Source of the DNA: Pseudidiomarina sp.
Lineage (GTDB): Bacteria > Pseudomonadota > Gammaproteobacteria > Enterobacterales > Alteromonadaceae
Length of the DNA stretch: 64,000 nt
Assembly: GCA_048268755.1 (NCBI GenBank)
Contig: JBLWUU010000002.1
Span: 241,268-305,267, forward strand
Direction: 5' to 3'
The notes under the pieces were generated by a model. That model did not search any database and was not told where the DNA came from. It worked only from the letters and a program-made list of their open reading frames with translations. Numbering within the stretch: the stretch's first letter is position 1; each line of letters starts with the position of its first letter. Made by a program: the position numbers and the translations under genes. Of this stretch, positions 48,406 through 59,773 are shown one piece after another.

Positions 48406-48654
48406 ATGAGTGAATCTTTATCCGCCCAGCAGTTGTTACGCATCCGTAGTAAATTAGAAACTGTCGTTGCCGAACAGCCCGACAGTCGCGCTGCCACATC
48501 GGCTAATGCCGCATTGCAACGTATGCGTAGTGGTGAATATGGCTATTGTATTGAGTGTGGTGACGAAATATCCGCAGCACGATTAGCGGCTAAACCTGAC
48601 GTCGCGCTCTGCGTCGACTGCCAAGCGCTGAAAGATGAAGATGAGGACGCCTAA
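48406..48654 (+). CDS. Small TraR/DksA C4 zinc-finger protein
   Basis: AALQRMRSGEYGYCIECGDEI..ARL...P...LCVDCQ; AGAAAGGA RBS. Confidence 0.88.
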   Translation: MSESLSAQQLLRIRSKLETVVAEQPDSRAATSANAALQRMRSGEYGYCIECGDEISAARLAAKPDVALCVDCQALKDEDEDA

Positions 48655-48666
48655 GCGTCCTCTTTC
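48643..48666 (+). terminator. Probable terminator hairpin
   Basis: GAGGACGC-CTAA-GCGTCCTC followed by TTTC. Confidence 0.6.
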
Positions 48667-48680
48667 AATTGGAGTGAGCG

Positions 48681-50207
48681 TTAAAAAGTGGCTCCTTCGG
48701 TAACCAGCATTCCCAATTTCCCGCTGTAAATCAACGCCGCTGCCGCTTCAATATCTGGCGCGAAATAGCGGTCCTGATCATAGTAAGCGACTTTTTCTCG
48801 TACTAAACCATGCGCCTGCTCAATTGCTACCGACGCTTTCAGCGGACGACGAAAATCAATTCCCTGCGCCGCTTCTAATAGCTCGATAGCAACGATATCG
48901 CGAATATTTTGCGCAATGTCGGTCAGCCGGCGTGCGGCAAAGGTTGCCATGGACACGTGGTCTTCTTGGTTCGCCGACGTTGGCAAACTGTCCACCGAGG
49001 CTGGATGTGCCAGCGTTTTATTTTCCGAGGCCAAGGCTGCAGCGGTCACCTGCGCCAGCATGAAGCCTGAGTTGACGCCACCATCATTCACCAAGAATGG
49101 CGGTAAGTTACTCAAATGATGGTCGATTAACAGCGCACTGCGACGCTCCGACAAAGCACCAATCTCACTGGCAGCAATAGCTAGCATATCCGCTGCCATC
49201 GCCACCGGCTCGGCATGAAAGTTACCACCTGAGATAATGTCGCCATTGTCATGGAACACCAACGGGTTATCGGTCACGCCATTCGCTTCACGGGTCAGAA
49301 TCGTGCTGGCATGCTGCAATTGGTCATAAACAGCTCCCATCACTTGCGGCTGACAACGCAACGAGTAAGGGTCTTGGACTTTTTCGCAGTCTTCATGATC
49401 AGCAGCAATCTCTGAACTTTCGGTAAGTAACTGACGGAAGCTTGCGGCTACGGCGATCTGCCCTAGCTGGCCTCGTACTTCATGAATGCGCGGATCGAAC
49501 GGTGCGCGTGAGCCCATTGCCGCTTCTACCGACATGGCGCCAGCGACCAAGGCGCTATGGAACACTCGTTCTATCTGGAATAAGCCGTGTAGCGCCAATG
49601 CGGTTGAAGCTTGAGTACCATTTAATAGTGCCAAGCCTTCTTTCGGCGCTAGAGTCAGTGGCTGCATACCAATTTTCGCCAACCCTTCTTTCGCTGGGAA
49701 AATCTCGCCCTGATAACGAACACGCCCCTCACCAATCAATGGCAGGACTAAGTGTGCTAACGGCGCTAGGTCACCTGATGCGCCCACAGAGCCTTTGCTC
49801 GGCACACAGGGGTACATCTGTTCGTTCAATAGGGTCAGCAGACCGTCGATAACCTGCTGGCGAATGCCAGAAAAGCCACGGCTGAGTGAATTCACCTTGA
49901 GCAACAGCATCAAGCGAACCACTGTATCGTCCATCAGCTCACCGGTACCCGCAGCATGCGACAATACGATACGACGTTGTAAATCTTCCAATTTTTCCGG
50001 CGGAATACGGGTATTGGCGAGCAAGCCAAAGCCAGTATTGATGCCGTAAACCACTTTGCCAGCGGCGAGGACCTCGGTAATAGTCGCTGAGGAGCGCTCA
50101 ATTGCCGCCGCTGCGTCGGCATGTAACGCGACCTGTTGCGGTGCCTGCCACCATTGGCGCAGGTGATCTAGGCTCAGCTTGCCTGGTTCCAGAGTGAATA
50201 CTGCCAT
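48681..50207 (-). CDS. hutH: Histidine ammonia-lyase
   Basis: [20 protein letters not shown] (MIO), [12 protein letters not shown]; start 50207 overlaps hutU stop. Confidence 0.97.
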   Translation of the reverse strand: MAVFTLEPGKLSLDHLRQWWQAPQQVALHADAAAAIERSSATITEVLAAGKVVYGINTGFGLLANTRIPPEKLEDLQRRIVLSHAAGTGELMDDTVVRLMLLLKVNSLSRGFSGIRQQVIDGLLTLLNEQMYPCVPSKGSVGASGDLAPLAHLVLPLIGEGRVRYQGEIFPAKEGLAKIGMQPLTLAPKEGLALLNGTQASTALALHGLFQIERVFHSALVAGAMSVEAAMGSRAPFDPRIHEVRGQLGQIAVAASFRQLLTESSEIAADHEDCEKVQDPYSLRCQPQVMGAVYDQLQHASTILTREANGVTDNPLVFHDNGDIISGGNFHAEPVAMAADMLAIAASEIGALSERRSALLIDHHLSNLPPFLVNDGGVNSGFMLAQVTAAALASENKTLAHPASVDSLPTSANQEDHVSMATFAARRLTDIAQNIRDIVAIELLEAAQGIDFRRPLKASVAIEQAHGLVREKVAYYDQDRYFAPDIEAAAALIYSGKLGMLVTEGATF

Positions 50208-51883
50208 TACTTGTCCTCCACCATTGGTAAATCGAGCCCTTGCTCTTTCGCACATTCAATTGCAATGTCATAACCGGCATCAGCGTGACGCATGACGCCA
50301 GTACCTGGGTCGTTCCAAAGCACACGACCTATCCGTGCTGCTGCGGCATCGGTACCGTCGGCCACAATGACCACGCCCGAATGCTGTGAATAGCCCATGC
50401 CGACGCCACCGCCGTGATGCAGGCTGACCCAGGTCGCGCCACCGGCAGTGTTCAAGAGTGCATTGAGGAGTGGCCAGTCTGAAACTGCGTCAGAGCCATC
50501 TTGCATGCTCTCGGTTTCACGGTTAGGGCTCGCTACCGAGCCGGAATCAAGATGGTCACGACCAATCACGATCGGCGCTTTCAACTCGCCGTTTTTCACC
50601 ATCTCATTGAACGCTTTGGCGATGCGTGCGCGGTCTTTTAGGCCAATCCAGCAAATACGCGCCGGCAAGCCTTGGAAGCTAATGCGCTCACGGGCCATAT
50701 CCAGCCAGTTGTGCAAATGCGGATCGTCAGGGATGAGCTCTTTTACCTTGGCATCGGTTTTGTAAATGTCTTCTGGGTCACCCGACAAGGCGACCCAACG
50801 GAAAGGCCCAATACCTTGACAGAACAGCGGTCGAATATAGGCCGGAACAAAGCCCGGAAAATCAAACGCATGGTCTACGCCGACGTCTTTCGCCATTTGC
50901 CGAATATTGTTGCCGTAGTCGAGTGTCGCAGCACCACGTTGTTGCAAGGTCAGCATTGCCTGCACTTGCACAGCCATTGACTGCTTCGCCGCCAGTACCG
51001 TCGCTTCAGGTTCACTTTCTTGCTTGGCTTGGTAGTCTTCAAGACTCCAGCCTTGCGGCAAATAGCCGTGCAGGGGATCGTGCGCCGAAGTCTGGTCGGT
51101 GACCACGTCGGGTGTGATATCGCGCTGCACCAACTCATCATAAACATCTGCGGCATTACCGAGCAGGCCCACCGAAATCGCACGACCTTCGGCTTTGGCT
51201 TCATTGATCAGTGCCAAGGCTTCATCAAGTGACGTGGCTTTATGGTCCAAGTAACGGGTACGCAAGCGGAAATCTATACGCGACTCATCTACCTCAACCG
51301 CCAACATGCAATAGCCGGCCATAGTTGCAGCGAGAGGTTGCGCGCCACCCATACCACCTAAGCCACCGGTCAGTACCCAGCGACCTTGAGTCTCGCCTTC
51401 GAAGTGCTGCTTCGCCACCGCGACAAACGTCTCGTAGGTGCCTTGCACAATGCCTTGCGAACCGATGTAGATCCATGAGCCGGCAGTCATCTGCCCGTAC
51501 ATCATCAGACCCTTTTTATCGAGTTCGTTAAAGTGCTCCCAAGTGGCCCATTCCGGAACCAAGTTTGAGTTCGCAATCAGCACCCGCGGCGCGTCTTCAT
51601 GGGTTGGAAATACACCGACCGGTTTGCCTGATTGGATAAGCAATGTTTCAGTTGGCTTTAGGCGGTCTAACACCTCAACGATCTTGTCGTAACTTTCCCA
51701 ACTGCGGGCTGCGCGGCCAATACCGCCGTACACCACAAGAGCGTGCGGGTGTTCTGCCACTTCAGCATCCAAATTGTTCATTAACATGCGCTTGGCCGCT
51801 TCCACTTGCCAGTTACAAGTGGAGAGTTCACTACCGCGTGGGGCACGAATCGTACGGCTGGTATCGAGTCGAGTAAAGCTCAT
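50207..51883 (-). CDS. hutU: Urocanate hydratase
   Basis: [34 protein letters not shown]. Confidence 0.98.
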   Translation of the reverse strand: MSFTRLDTSRTIRAPRGSELSTCNWQVEAAKRMLMNNLDAEVAEHPHALVVYGGIGRAARSWESYDKIVEVLDRLKPTETLLIQSGKPVGVFPTHEDAPRVLIANSNLVPEWATWEHFNELDKKGLMMYGQMTAGSWIYIGSQGIVQGTYETFVAVAKQHFEGETQGRWVLTGGLGGMGGAQPLAATMAGYCMLAVEVDESRIDFRLRTRYLDHKATSLDEALALINEAKAEGRAISVGLLGNAADVYDELVQRDITPDVVTDQTSAHDPLHGYLPQGWSLEDYQAKQESEPEATVLAAKQSMAVQVQAMLTLQQRGAATLDYGNNIRQMAKDVGVDHAFDFPGFVPAYIRPLFCQGIGPFRWVALSGDPEDIYKTDAKVKELIPDDPHLHNWLDMARERISFQGLPARICWIGLKDRARIAKAFNEMVKNGELKAPIVIGRDHLDSGSVASPNRETESMQDGSDAVSDWPLLNALLNTAGGATWVSLHHGGGVGMGYSQHSGVVIVADGTDAAAARIGRVLWNDPGTGVMRHADAGYDIAIECAKEQGLDLPMVEDK

Positions 51884-51899
51884 TGTTGGTTATCCTCTA

Positions 51900-52595
51900 T
51901 TAAAACTGTAGATGTCCGCCAAGACTAAAGCGTGAACCTGGATGGGTGAGTACCGCATAGGTCACAACGCCTTCGGCACTCCAGGTGCGACGGTTAATGC
52001 GTAAGCAGGGCTCTGGCTTGGTTAAGAGCAACCATTGGCAGAGCTGAGTTGATGGTGTTACCGCTTCGATTTGATGGCTCGCCTCGGTCAGAGGCTGCGC
52101 CTGACACAAATACTCGTGCGGTGTTAAATCGTTATAGTTTTGCTTTAAGTAATCGGCTGCGAGCGCTGGATTCACATAACGCTCTTCTACTTGCACTGGT
52201 AAATCGTTTTCAAAATGGCTGATCACCGAATGAAAAACCATGTCGCCGGGTTCTAAATTGAGCATCTCGGCCACTAGATCGGAGGCATGTTCGCGCCGCA
52301 GCAAATGAACTTGTGCGTGATAGCGATGATGGCGCGCACGAATTTCATCGGCAATATTACGAATCGCCATAAACGAGGTTTGCGACTTAATCGGTGCGAC
52401 AAAGGTACCTGAACCTTTGGTGCGAATAACAATGCCTTCATTGGCGAGCTCTTGCAGCGCGCGACGCGCGGTCATGCGACTGACTTTAAATTGCAACGCC
52501 AAAGCGTTTTCGGAGCTTACTGGATGATTCTCAGGCCATTCGCCAGAGGCTATTTTGTTGTAAACATGCTGTTTGATTGCGGAGAATTTAGCCAT
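51900..52595 (-). CDS. hutC: Histidine utilization repressor (GntR/UTRA)
   Basis: VSRMTARRAL, GSGTFV, UTRA domain with TPHEYL; adjacent to hut genes. Confidence 0.93.
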   Translation of the reverse strand: MAKFSAIKQHVYNKIASGEWPENHPVSSENALALQFKVSRMTARRALQELANEGIVIRTKGSGTFVAPIKSQTSFMAIRNIADEIRARHHRYHAQVHLLRREHASDLVAEMLNLEPGDMVFHSVISHFENDLPVQVEERYVNPALAADYLKQNYNDLTPHEYLCQAQPLTEASHQIEAVTPSTQLCQWLLLTKPEPCLRINRRTWSAEGVVTYAVLTHPGSRFSLGGHLQF

Positions 52596-52654
52596 GCGTC
52601 AGCGTACCCATAGGTGTCCTTGCTCAAGATGTGCTAAAGTGTAGGCAACTCAAA

Positions 52655-52666
52655 TTGTATATACAA
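52655..52666. promoter_or_regulatory. HutC operator
   Basis: TTGTATATACAA palindrome between divergent hutC and hutI. Confidence 0.88.
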
Positions 52667-52688
52667 GCGTTTCAAGGGAGAAAGTTGT

Positions 52689-53909
52689 ATGACTCAGCGC
52701 CAGCAACGTATTGAAAATGTGACAGTGGCAACCATGGATCAAGCTAGCTACGGCGACGGCTATGGCTTGCTGCCCAACGCTGTGGTGTGTATCGATGGTG
52801 GTACGATCAGTTACGTTGGATCCGCCACAGACGCCCCTGAATCACCTGCTGATGCTGATATTATTGATGGCCAGGGCAAGTTGCTGACGCCTGGCCTCAT
52901 CGACTGCCATACCCACCTTGTATGGGCTGGCTCGCGGGCCGATGAGTTCGCGCAACGCTTGCACGGGGTGAGTTATGCCGACATCGCCGCGCAAGGCGGA
53001 GGTATTGCGGCGACGGTCCGCGCCACGCGTGCTGCAAGTGAAGCCGAGTTAGTCGAGGCTGCCGCACCGCGTCTTCAGGCATTACTCCGTGAGGGAGTCA
53101 CGACCCTAGAAATCAAATCAGGTTATGGTCTCTCACTTGAGCATGAGGGCAAGCAATTACGCGCGGCGAAACAGCTCGCTGCAACCTATCCAGTGAGTGT
53201 GCAAACCACTTTACTAGCTGCGCATGCGTTACCGCCTGAATTCAAAGACAACGCCGATGGCTATATCGATGCGATTGTTACTACCATTTTGCCAACCTTA
53301 GCGGACGAGGGTTTGGTCGATGCCGTCGACGCGTTCTGCGAAAAAGTAGGTTTTTCTCCTGCACAAACGGAGCGTGTCTTCAAAGCTGCACAGCAACGTG
53401 GTCTGCCAGTAAAGCTGCATGCTGAACAACTAAGCAATCAGCACGGCAGCGCACTTGCGGCACGCTATCAGGCGCTCTCGTGTGACCATTTAGAGTATCT
53501 CGATGAGGCAGGGGTAAAAGCTATGGCAGCTAGCGGTACGGTCGCAGTCTTACTGCCGGGCGCTTTTTACTTCTTACGTGAAACCAAGTTGCCGCCGCTC
53601 GACTTGCTACGCCAGCATGGCGTGCCGATCGCCCTCGCTACCGATGCCAACCCTGGCACCTCACCCATTTTGAGCTTGCAATTGATGCTACAAATGGGCG
53701 CTACCCTGTTCCGTATGACCCCAGAAGAGTGCTTACAAGGCGTGACGGTACATGCGGCACAGGCGCTTGGCTTGACTGACCGTGGTCGGATTGCCGCAGG
53801 CTTGCGGGCCGATTTATGTTTGTGGGATTGCACCGAAGCAGCCGAACTTACCTATCAGTATGGTACCGACCGTTTGCTCAGCTGTTGGTATCAGGGCGTG
53901 CGTCGTTGA
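52689..53909 (+). CDS. hutI: Imidazolonepropionase
   Basis: [30 protein letters not shown]. Confidence 0.96.
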   Translation: MTQRQQRIENVTVATMDQASYGDGYGLLPNAVVCIDGGTISYVGSATDAPESPADADIIDGQGKLLTPGLIDCHTHLVWAGSRADEFAQRLHGVSYADIAAQGGGIAATVRATRAASEAELVEAAAPRLQALLREGVTTLEIKSGYGLSLEHEGKQLRAAKQLAATYPVSVQTTLLAAHALPPEFKDNADGYIDAIVTTILPTLADEGLVDAVDAFCEKVGFSPAQTERVFKAAQQRGLPVKLHAEQLSNQHGSALAARYQALSCDHLEYLDEAGVKAMAASGTVAVLLPGAFYFLRETKLPPLDLLRQHGVPIALATDANPGTSPILSLQLMLQMGATLFRMTPEECLQGVTVHAAQALGLTDRGRIAAGLRADLCLWDCTEAAELTYQYGTDRLLSCWYQGVRR

Positions 53910-54937
53910 AGTCCATGCAAGTAAGCAAGCACTAACTCACTAAGCACTTGCGCACAGGCCATATCACCGGCTTCACGGCCGGCGGGGTGTAAACTTGGCG
54001 CCGCTTCTGCCAGATGTAAATAGCGTGTTTGCGACAGCGCCGCCAACTCAGCAATAAGGGTATAGCCATGTTCTATGGCTAAACCGTTAAAGTTAATTGC
54101 ACTGGCCGGCACACCTTGTAGCGCATCAACATCAATTTCGATACCCAGTGGCCGTTGCCAAACTTGCGCTTGTGCTTTGAAAGCGGCTAATTGTTCCGCC
54201 CAGTTGGCCTGGTAGAGTTCATGCACACTGGTATAAGTAAAACCGGCATCGGCCAATTGGCGCAAACTCTCAGCGTTATTCTTGCCCTCATGCAGTCCCA
54301 CCACATGATAGTTCGCCAAGAAGCCATCAGTATGGGCGTAACTAAAGCCGTTACCACTATGACGTCCCTCACGCGCACGAAAATCAGCATGAGGATCCAA
54401 ATTCATGGCTCCGACTTGCTGTTCCGTTGCTTCGCTCAGGCTACGTAACAAAGGGTAGGCATTGTTATGGCCACCGCCGATGAGAATAACTTCATAACCT
54501 TCACTGAATAACGGCAACAACGCTTGCATGACGCGCTGGTCGAGTTGTTCGCACAGATCGCGTAATCCTTGAACGTCACTCGCATCCGTGGTGCGTAATG
54601 CTGCCGCTTGCTGCTGTAAATCCTCGCAATCAACATGCCCGACTAACAGTAACTCGTGGCTCGCAATGAATGCATTTGCTTGTAGATTGCATAATCCTTG
54701 TAACGCAGCCGGCCAAGCAGTTTCAGCGCCACCCCGGCCTAAGTTACCGCGCGGGCCGATACTCTCCGGCACACCAATAAGTGCCACTTTGGCACCCTTT
54801 TCCCGGGCCTTATGCAAGGCGCTACGGTAGTTGGCGGGCGTGTCACAGTTGGGCAGGGCGTGGAGGGTTTGCCCAAGACGGACTTCCCCTTGGCGTGGTT
54901 TACACCACGCCTCAGGATCACAAGGAACTAAATACAT
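53891..54937 (-). CDS. hutG: Formimidoylglutamase (arginase family)
   Basis: [28 protein letters not shown]; completes the hut pathway. Confidence 0.82.
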   Translation of the reverse strand: MYLVPCDPEAWCKPRQGEVRLGQTLHALPNCDTPANYRSALHKAREKGAKVALIGVPESIGPRGNLGRGGAETAWPAALQGLCNLQANAFIASHELLLVGHVDCEDLQQQAAALRTTDASDVQGLRDLCEQLDQRVMQALLPLFSEGYEVILIGGGHNNAYPLLRSLSEATEQQVGAMNLDPHADFRAREGRHSGNGFSYAHTDGFLANYHVVGLHEGKNNAESLRQLADAGFTYTSVHELYQANWAEQLAAFKAQAQVWQRPLGIEIDVDALQGVPASAINFNGLAIEHGYTLIAELAALSQTRYLHLAEAAPSLHPAGREAGDMACAQVLSELVLAYLHGLQRRTP

Positions 54938-54940
54938 AAG

Positions 54941-55426
54941 TTATTCGATATCAAGCGGCTCGGGCGAAAGAATGACACCGGTAGTGTCGGCGTAGAGGTG
55001 ATCTTCTGGCAAGAAAGTAACACCGCCAAAATTCACCGCGACGTCAACTTCACCAATGCCCTCCGCAGGCGCACCGACGGGAATCGATGCCAGCGCCATG
55101 ATACCAATATCAAGCTCATCAAGTGCGTCAACGTCGCGCACCGCACCAAAGCAGACAATACCTTCCCAGTCGTTGTCGAGAGCGAGTTCAGCAACGGCAA
55201 CATCAATCAAGGCACGGCGGTTTGAACCACCGCCGTCGATAAGCAGCACTTTACCGGTGCCCGCTTGCTGCACCACTTCTTCGATGACGCCCTTGTCTTC
55301 GAAGCATTTCACGGTGACCAATTGGCCGCCGAACGATACACGTCCACCGTAGTGAACGAACATGGGCTCGACCACGTCGACCATGTCAGGGTAAAGATCG
55401 CAAAGCTCCGAAGTATTGTATTCCAT
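54941..55426 (-). CDS. rraA: Regulator of ribonuclease activity A
   Basis: [31 protein letters not shown]. Confidence 0.95.
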   Translation of the reverse strand: MEYNTSELCDLYPDMVDVVEPMFVHYGGRVSFGGQLVTVKCFEDKGVIEEVVQQAGTGKVLLIDGGGSNRRALIDVAVAELALDNDWEGIVCFGAVRDVDALDELDIGIMALASIPVGAPAEGIGEVDVAVNFGGVTFLPEDHLYADTTGVILSPEPLDIE

Positions 55427-55492
55427 TGCCGTTCCCCTGCCTGTTACATCATTGATAGAAGGATAGTTTCAGGCACAGTATAGCCGATAACG

Positions 55493-56824
55493 TTACAAAA
55501 TGAAGCGGCTCAAGTCTTCATCTTGCGCTAACTTGCCTAAGTGTTCGTCAACGTAGGCGCCATCGATGTTAATTTGCTGCCCTTGCAAGTCACTTGCGCG
55601 GAACGAAATGTCTTCCATCAAGCGCTCCAACACGGTGTGCAAACGTCGCGCACCAATGTTTTCCGTCGTTTCGTTGACTTGGAAAGCCGTCTCGGCAATG
55701 CGCTGAATCCCATCTTCAGTAAAGGCAACATTCACCCCCTCTGTCGCCATCAACGCAATGTATTGTGTCGTTAATGACGCATTCGGTTCGGTCAGGATAC
55801 GCACGAAGTCATGGCTGGTCAGGGCATCTAGTTCAACACGAATCGGCAGACGACCTTGCAACTCTGGAATCAAGTCCGACGGCTTCGACATCTGGAACGC
55901 ACCTGAGGCGATAAATAAAATGTGGTCGGTTTTCACCATACCGTGCTTCGTCGAGACCGTGGTCCCTTCAACCAATGGCAGTAGATCGCGCTGCACGCCT
56001 TCACGCGAAACGTCGGGACCACTGGTGTCACCGCGTTTACAGATCTTGTCGACCTCATCAAGGAACACGATACCGTTTTGCTCGACCGAATGAAGCGCCT
56101 GTTCTTTCACTTCTTCAGGGTTCAGCATCTTGGCCGCTTCTTCTTCAACCAATTGCTTGAAAGCATCTTTGATTTTTAGCTTGCGCGGCTTGCTCTTGTC
56201 TTTGCCAAGGTTTTGAAACATGTTTTGCAACTGCGAGGTCATTTCTTCCATGCCTGGCGGCGACATAATTTCCACGCCCATTTGCGGCATGGCAATATCG
56301 ATCTCGATTTCTTTGTCGTCGAGCTGGCCTTCGCGTAGCTTTTTGCGGAACACCTGACGGGTGCTGCTTTGCTCACGCTCAGTTTTATCTTCGTCAGCCC
56401 AGCCTTTTGCTGGTGGCAGCAGCGCATCTAAAATGCGTTCCTCGGCCGCCTCTTCGGCGCGGAAACGCACCTTCTTCATCATCTGCTCACGCGTCTGCTT
56501 TACCGCAGTATCGGTAAGATCGCGGATGATCGACTCAATTTCTTTACCAACATAGCCCACTTCGGTGAACTTAGTTGCTTCGACTTTGATGAAAGGCGCG
56601 TTGGCAAGCTTAGCCAAACGACGGGCAATTTCCGTCTTACCTACGCCGGTCGGGCCGATCATCAGAATATTTTTCGGCGTTACTTCTTGGCGTAATTCAT
56701 CTTCCAATTGCATGCGGCGCCAGCGGTTACGCAAGGCGACCGCGACAGCTTTCTTAGCATTGTCTTGGCCAATAATATGACGGTTCAGCTCATCGACAAT
56801 TTCACGTGGGGTCATATCAGACAT
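55493..56824 (-). CDS. hslU: ATP-dependent protease ATPase subunit
   Basis: [27 protein letters not shown]. Confidence 0.98.
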   Translation of the reverse strand: MSDMTPREIVDELNRHIIGQDNAKKAVAVALRNRWRRMQLEDELRQEVTPKNILMIGPTGVGKTEIARRLAKLANAPFIKVEATKFTEVGYVGKEIESIIRDLTDTAVKQTREQMMKKVRFRAEEAAEERILDALLPPAKGWADEDKTEREQSSTRQVFRKKLREGQLDDKEIEIDIAMPQMGVEIMSPPGMEEMTSQLQNMFQNLGKDKSKPRKLKIKDAFKQLVEEEAAKMLNPEEVKEQALHSVEQNGIVFLDEVDKICKRGDTSGPDVSREGVQRDLLPLVEGTTVSTKHGMVKTDHILFIASGAFQMSKPSDLIPELQGRLPIRVELDALTSHDFVRILTEPNASLTTQYIALMATEGVNVAFTEDGIQRIAETAFQVNETTENIGARRLHTVLERLMEDISFRASDLQGQQINIDGAYVDEHLGKLAQDEDLSRFIL

Positions 56825-57353
56825 CGGCCACAGACTCCTGTTCTTCGATGGTTTGGTTGGTATTGGTGTAGATGCAAATCTCGCCGGCTATCGTCAGAGC
56901 TTTCTCCACGATGTCGCGGGCGCCAAGCTCGGTGTTTTCCAGCAACGCGCGCGCTGCCGCTTGGGCATAGGGACCACCTGAACCAATCGCAATAAGATCG
57001 TTTTCAGGCTGAATGACATCACCGTTACCTGAAATAATTAATGAAGTGTGTTTGTCGGCCACCGCCAATAATGCCTCAAGACGACGAAGCGCGCGGTCGG
57101 TACGCCAATCTTTGGCGAGTTCAACGGCGGCTTTGGCAAGGTTGCCTTGGTGTTGTTCAAGCTTTGCTTCGAAGCGCTCAAACAAAGTAAACGCATCAGC
57201 CGTTCCGCCAGCGAAGCCAGCGATAACTTGATTATTGTAGAGACGACGTACCTTTCGTACGTTGCCTTTCATGACTGTGTTACCAAGCGTAGCTTGGCCA
57301 TCACCGCCGATGACAACTTTATCACCGCGGCGGACAGAAACTATTGTAGTCAC
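56817..57353 (-). CDS. hslV: ATP-dependent protease peptidase subunit
   Basis: GTG start, [21 protein letters not shown]. Confidence 0.98.
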   Translation of the reverse strand: MTTIVSVRRGDKVVIGGDGQATLGNTVMKGNVRKVRRLYNNQVIAGFAGGTADAFTLFERFEAKLEQHQGNLAKAAVELAKDWRTDRALRRLEALLAVADKHTSLIISGNGDVIQPENDLIAIGSGGPYAQAAARALLENTELGARDIVEKALTIAGEICIYTNTNQTIEEQESVADV

Positions 57354-57387
57354 AATTACGTCCTCTTAAGTTGCTATGCCAAGTTTA

Positions 57388-57412
57388 ATGAGGGCGTAAT
57401 TGTGAATTTCAA
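57388..57412 (-). promoter_or_regulatory. Sigma-32 heat-shock promoter of hslVU
   Basis: Minus strand TTGAAA-N13-CCTCAT. Confidence 0.75.
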
Positions 57413-57434
57413 TGGCTTTACGGAAATCTAATGC

Positions 57435-57986
57435 TTAGAGATTCCAGTTCCAGATTTGACAGCCGTGAATGCTGGCACGCTGTAGCGTATGACGGTCGGC
57501 CTCTGCAGCGCGCTTGGTCTCGTAAGGGCCCAATACCACGCGATACCAGGTACCACCGTTCGAGGGGTAGATTTCGGATTCTAGACCTTGCATAGCGATC
57601 GCGGCCTTCAAGCGCTCAGCGTCGGCGCGCTTGCGGAACGAACCACATTGCATGAGCTTAGGCGGGCCTAACTCACGCTCGGGTACATCAACTTCAACTT
57701 CGAGGTTCTCGAGCTCTTCAATGTACTGCCAACGTTCCTCAGGTTTTTCCGGAATAGGCTCCGCTTTCGGCTGCGGTTGGCTGGCCGGAACCTCTTGCGT
57801 GACCGGCTCAGGTGCATTGGGGTTACCACCGGCGATGAAGCGCAAACCGACAACCAAGGCCAATACTAAGATGATGGCCAGCACCACAATCCCCCAGGGA
57901 ACATTGCGCTCGGGTGCTTTTTTGCTGCCTTTCTTACCGCCGCTGGGTTTCCGTTGCGGCGGGCGTTTGCGGTTTGCGTAATCCAT
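57435..57986 (-). CDS. ftsN: SPOR-domain cell division protein (FtsN-like)
   Basis: MDYANR, single TM helix, QCGSF...WYRVVLGPY SPOR domain; upstream of hslV. Confidence 0.75.
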   Translation of the reverse strand: MDYANRKRPPQRKPSGGKKGSKKAPERNVPWGIVVLAIILVLALVVGLRFIAGGNPNAPEPVTQEVPASQPQPKAEPIPEKPEERWQYIEELENLEVEVDVPERELGPPKLMQCGSFRKRADAERLKAAIAMQGLESEIYPSNGGTWYRVVLGPYETKRAAEADRHTLQRASIHGCQIWNWNL

Positions 57987-57988
57987 GC

Positions 57989-59731
57989 TTACATCTTATC
58001 CAATGTTTCAATGCCGAGTAGTTCTAGACCTTGGCGTAAGGTTTTTGCCGTTAATGCAGCAAGCTTCAAGCGGCTTTGCTGCAGCGCTTCGTCTTCGGCC
58101 TGCAAAATTGGGCAGGCTTCGTAGAAGCTCGAAAAGGCACCCGCAAGCTCAAACAAATAGCCACATAAGAAGTGCGGCATGGCTTTGTTCGCCACCGTAT
58201 GTACCACTTCGTTAAAACGCACTAATAAATTAGCAAGCGCTTGTTCCCGTTCGTCTTGCAAGACAAAGGTGCCAGAAATCGTATCAGGTTGCACGCCGGC
58301 TTTGTTAAATACGCTCATCACACGCGTGTAAGCGTACAATAAATAAGGCGCGGTATTCCCCTCAAAACTCAGCATGGTGTCCCAGTCGAAGATGTAGTCG
58401 CTGGTACGGTTCTTGGATAAATCAGCGTACTTAACTGAGCTAATACCGACAACTTTGGCTACGTTAGCTTGCTCTGCTGCTGACAAGTCCGTGTTCTTTT
58501 CTTGTACCAATGCCAGTGCGCGCGCTTCAGCCTGATCAAGTAAATCGGCGAGCTTGGTGACACCGCCGTCGCGACTCTTATACGGACGACCATCTTTGCC
58601 CATCACGGTACCGAAACCGTAATGATCCATCTGTAAGTCTTCGCGGGCAAAACCAGCTTTTTTCGCTAAGGTAAAGATTTGTTGAAAGTGCAAACCTTGC
58701 CGTTGATCGACAAAGTACATCAAGTGATCACCTTTCAGCTGGTTCTGACGATAACGTACTGCAGCTAAATCTGTGGTTGCATAAAGATAGCCACCGCCTG
58801 ACTTTTGCACGATAACCGGCAACGCTTCGCCTTCTTTATTTTTGAACTCATCGAGGAAGACGCACTGAGCGCCTTGGTCCTCAACGAGTAACCCTTGAGC
58901 GCGCAAATCTTCGACCACTTGCGGTAAGTCATCGTTGTAGGCACTTTCGGCCATTACGTCGGCGCGAGTTAGTTTGACGCCTAAGCGATCGTATACTTCT
59001 TGGCAATGGCTCAAGGAAACATCGATGAACTGCTGCCAAAGTTGCAAACACTTGGCATCGCCCGATTGCAGCGCTACCACAAGCTCACGCGCGCGGTTGG
59101 CAAACTCGGAACTTTCGTCGAAGCGTTTTTTCGCAGCTTTGTAAAAGGTTTCAAGGTTGCTGAGCTCCATTGCCAACTCGCTACCTTCGAGCTCTTCCAT
59201 ATGTGCCAGCAACATTCCAAACTGGGTGCCCCAGTCACCGACGTGGTTTTGGCGGATGACGGTATGGCCCAAAAATTCGCACACGCGCGCGACAGCATCG
59301 CCGATAATCGCAGAACGTAAATGGCCAACGTGCATTTCTTTGGCTAGGTTAGGCGACGAATAATCAATGACAATGCGCTGGCTTTGCTCTGCATTAGCGA
59401 CACCCACATGAGCATCTTGGTAGGCGGCTTCGAGCTGCTGTAACAGTTGATCTTGGCTAATCACAAAATTGATAAAGCCTGGGCCAGCGATGGTCGCCTC
59501 GGCTACCAAACTGTTCTCTGGCAGCGCGCCAATCAGCGCTTCTGCCAATGCGCGAGGGTTGGTCCCCGCAGGCTTTGCTAACATCAACGCAAGGTTGGTA
59601 GCAAAATCGCCGTGGCTCTTATCGCGTGGACGGTCGAGTTGGATACGCGGACTCAAGTCGGCAGGTAATGTGCCTTGTGCTTGTAATTCGGCCACCGCGG
59701 CCGCCAATAATTGCTCCAACTGCTCTTTCAT
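57989..59731 (-). CDS. argS: Arginine--tRNA ligase
   Basis: [35 protein letters not shown]. Confidence 0.98.
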   Translation of the reverse strand: MKEQLEQLLAAAVAELQAQGTLPADLSPRIQLDRPRDKSHGDFATNLALMLAKPAGTNPRALAEALIGALPENSLVAEATIAGPGFINFVISQDQLLQQLEAAYQDAHVGVANAEQSQRIVIDYSSPNLAKEMHVGHLRSAIIGDAVARVCEFLGHTVIRQNHVGDWGTQFGMLLAHMEELEGSELAMELSNLETFYKAAKKRFDESSEFANRARELVVALQSGDAKCLQLWQQFIDVSLSHCQEVYDRLGVKLTRADVMAESAYNDDLPQVVEDLRAQGLLVEDQGAQCVFLDEFKNKEGEALPVIVQKSGGGYLYATTDLAAVRYRQNQLKGDHLMYFVDQRQGLHFQQIFTLAKKAGFAREDLQMDHYGFGTVMGKDGRPYKSRDGGVTKLADLLDQAEARALALVQEKNTDLSAAEQANVAKVVGISSVKYADLSKNRTSDYIFDWDTMLSFEGNTAPYLLYAYTRVMSVFNKAGVQPDTISGTFVLQDEREQALANLLVRFNEVVHTVANKAMPHFLCGYLFELAGAFSSFYEACPILQAEDEALQQSRLKLAALTAKTLRQGLELLGIETLDKM

Positions 59732-59773
59732 TTACGTCCAACCTTTTTCATTTACGGGAGTCGCCGCATTTTA

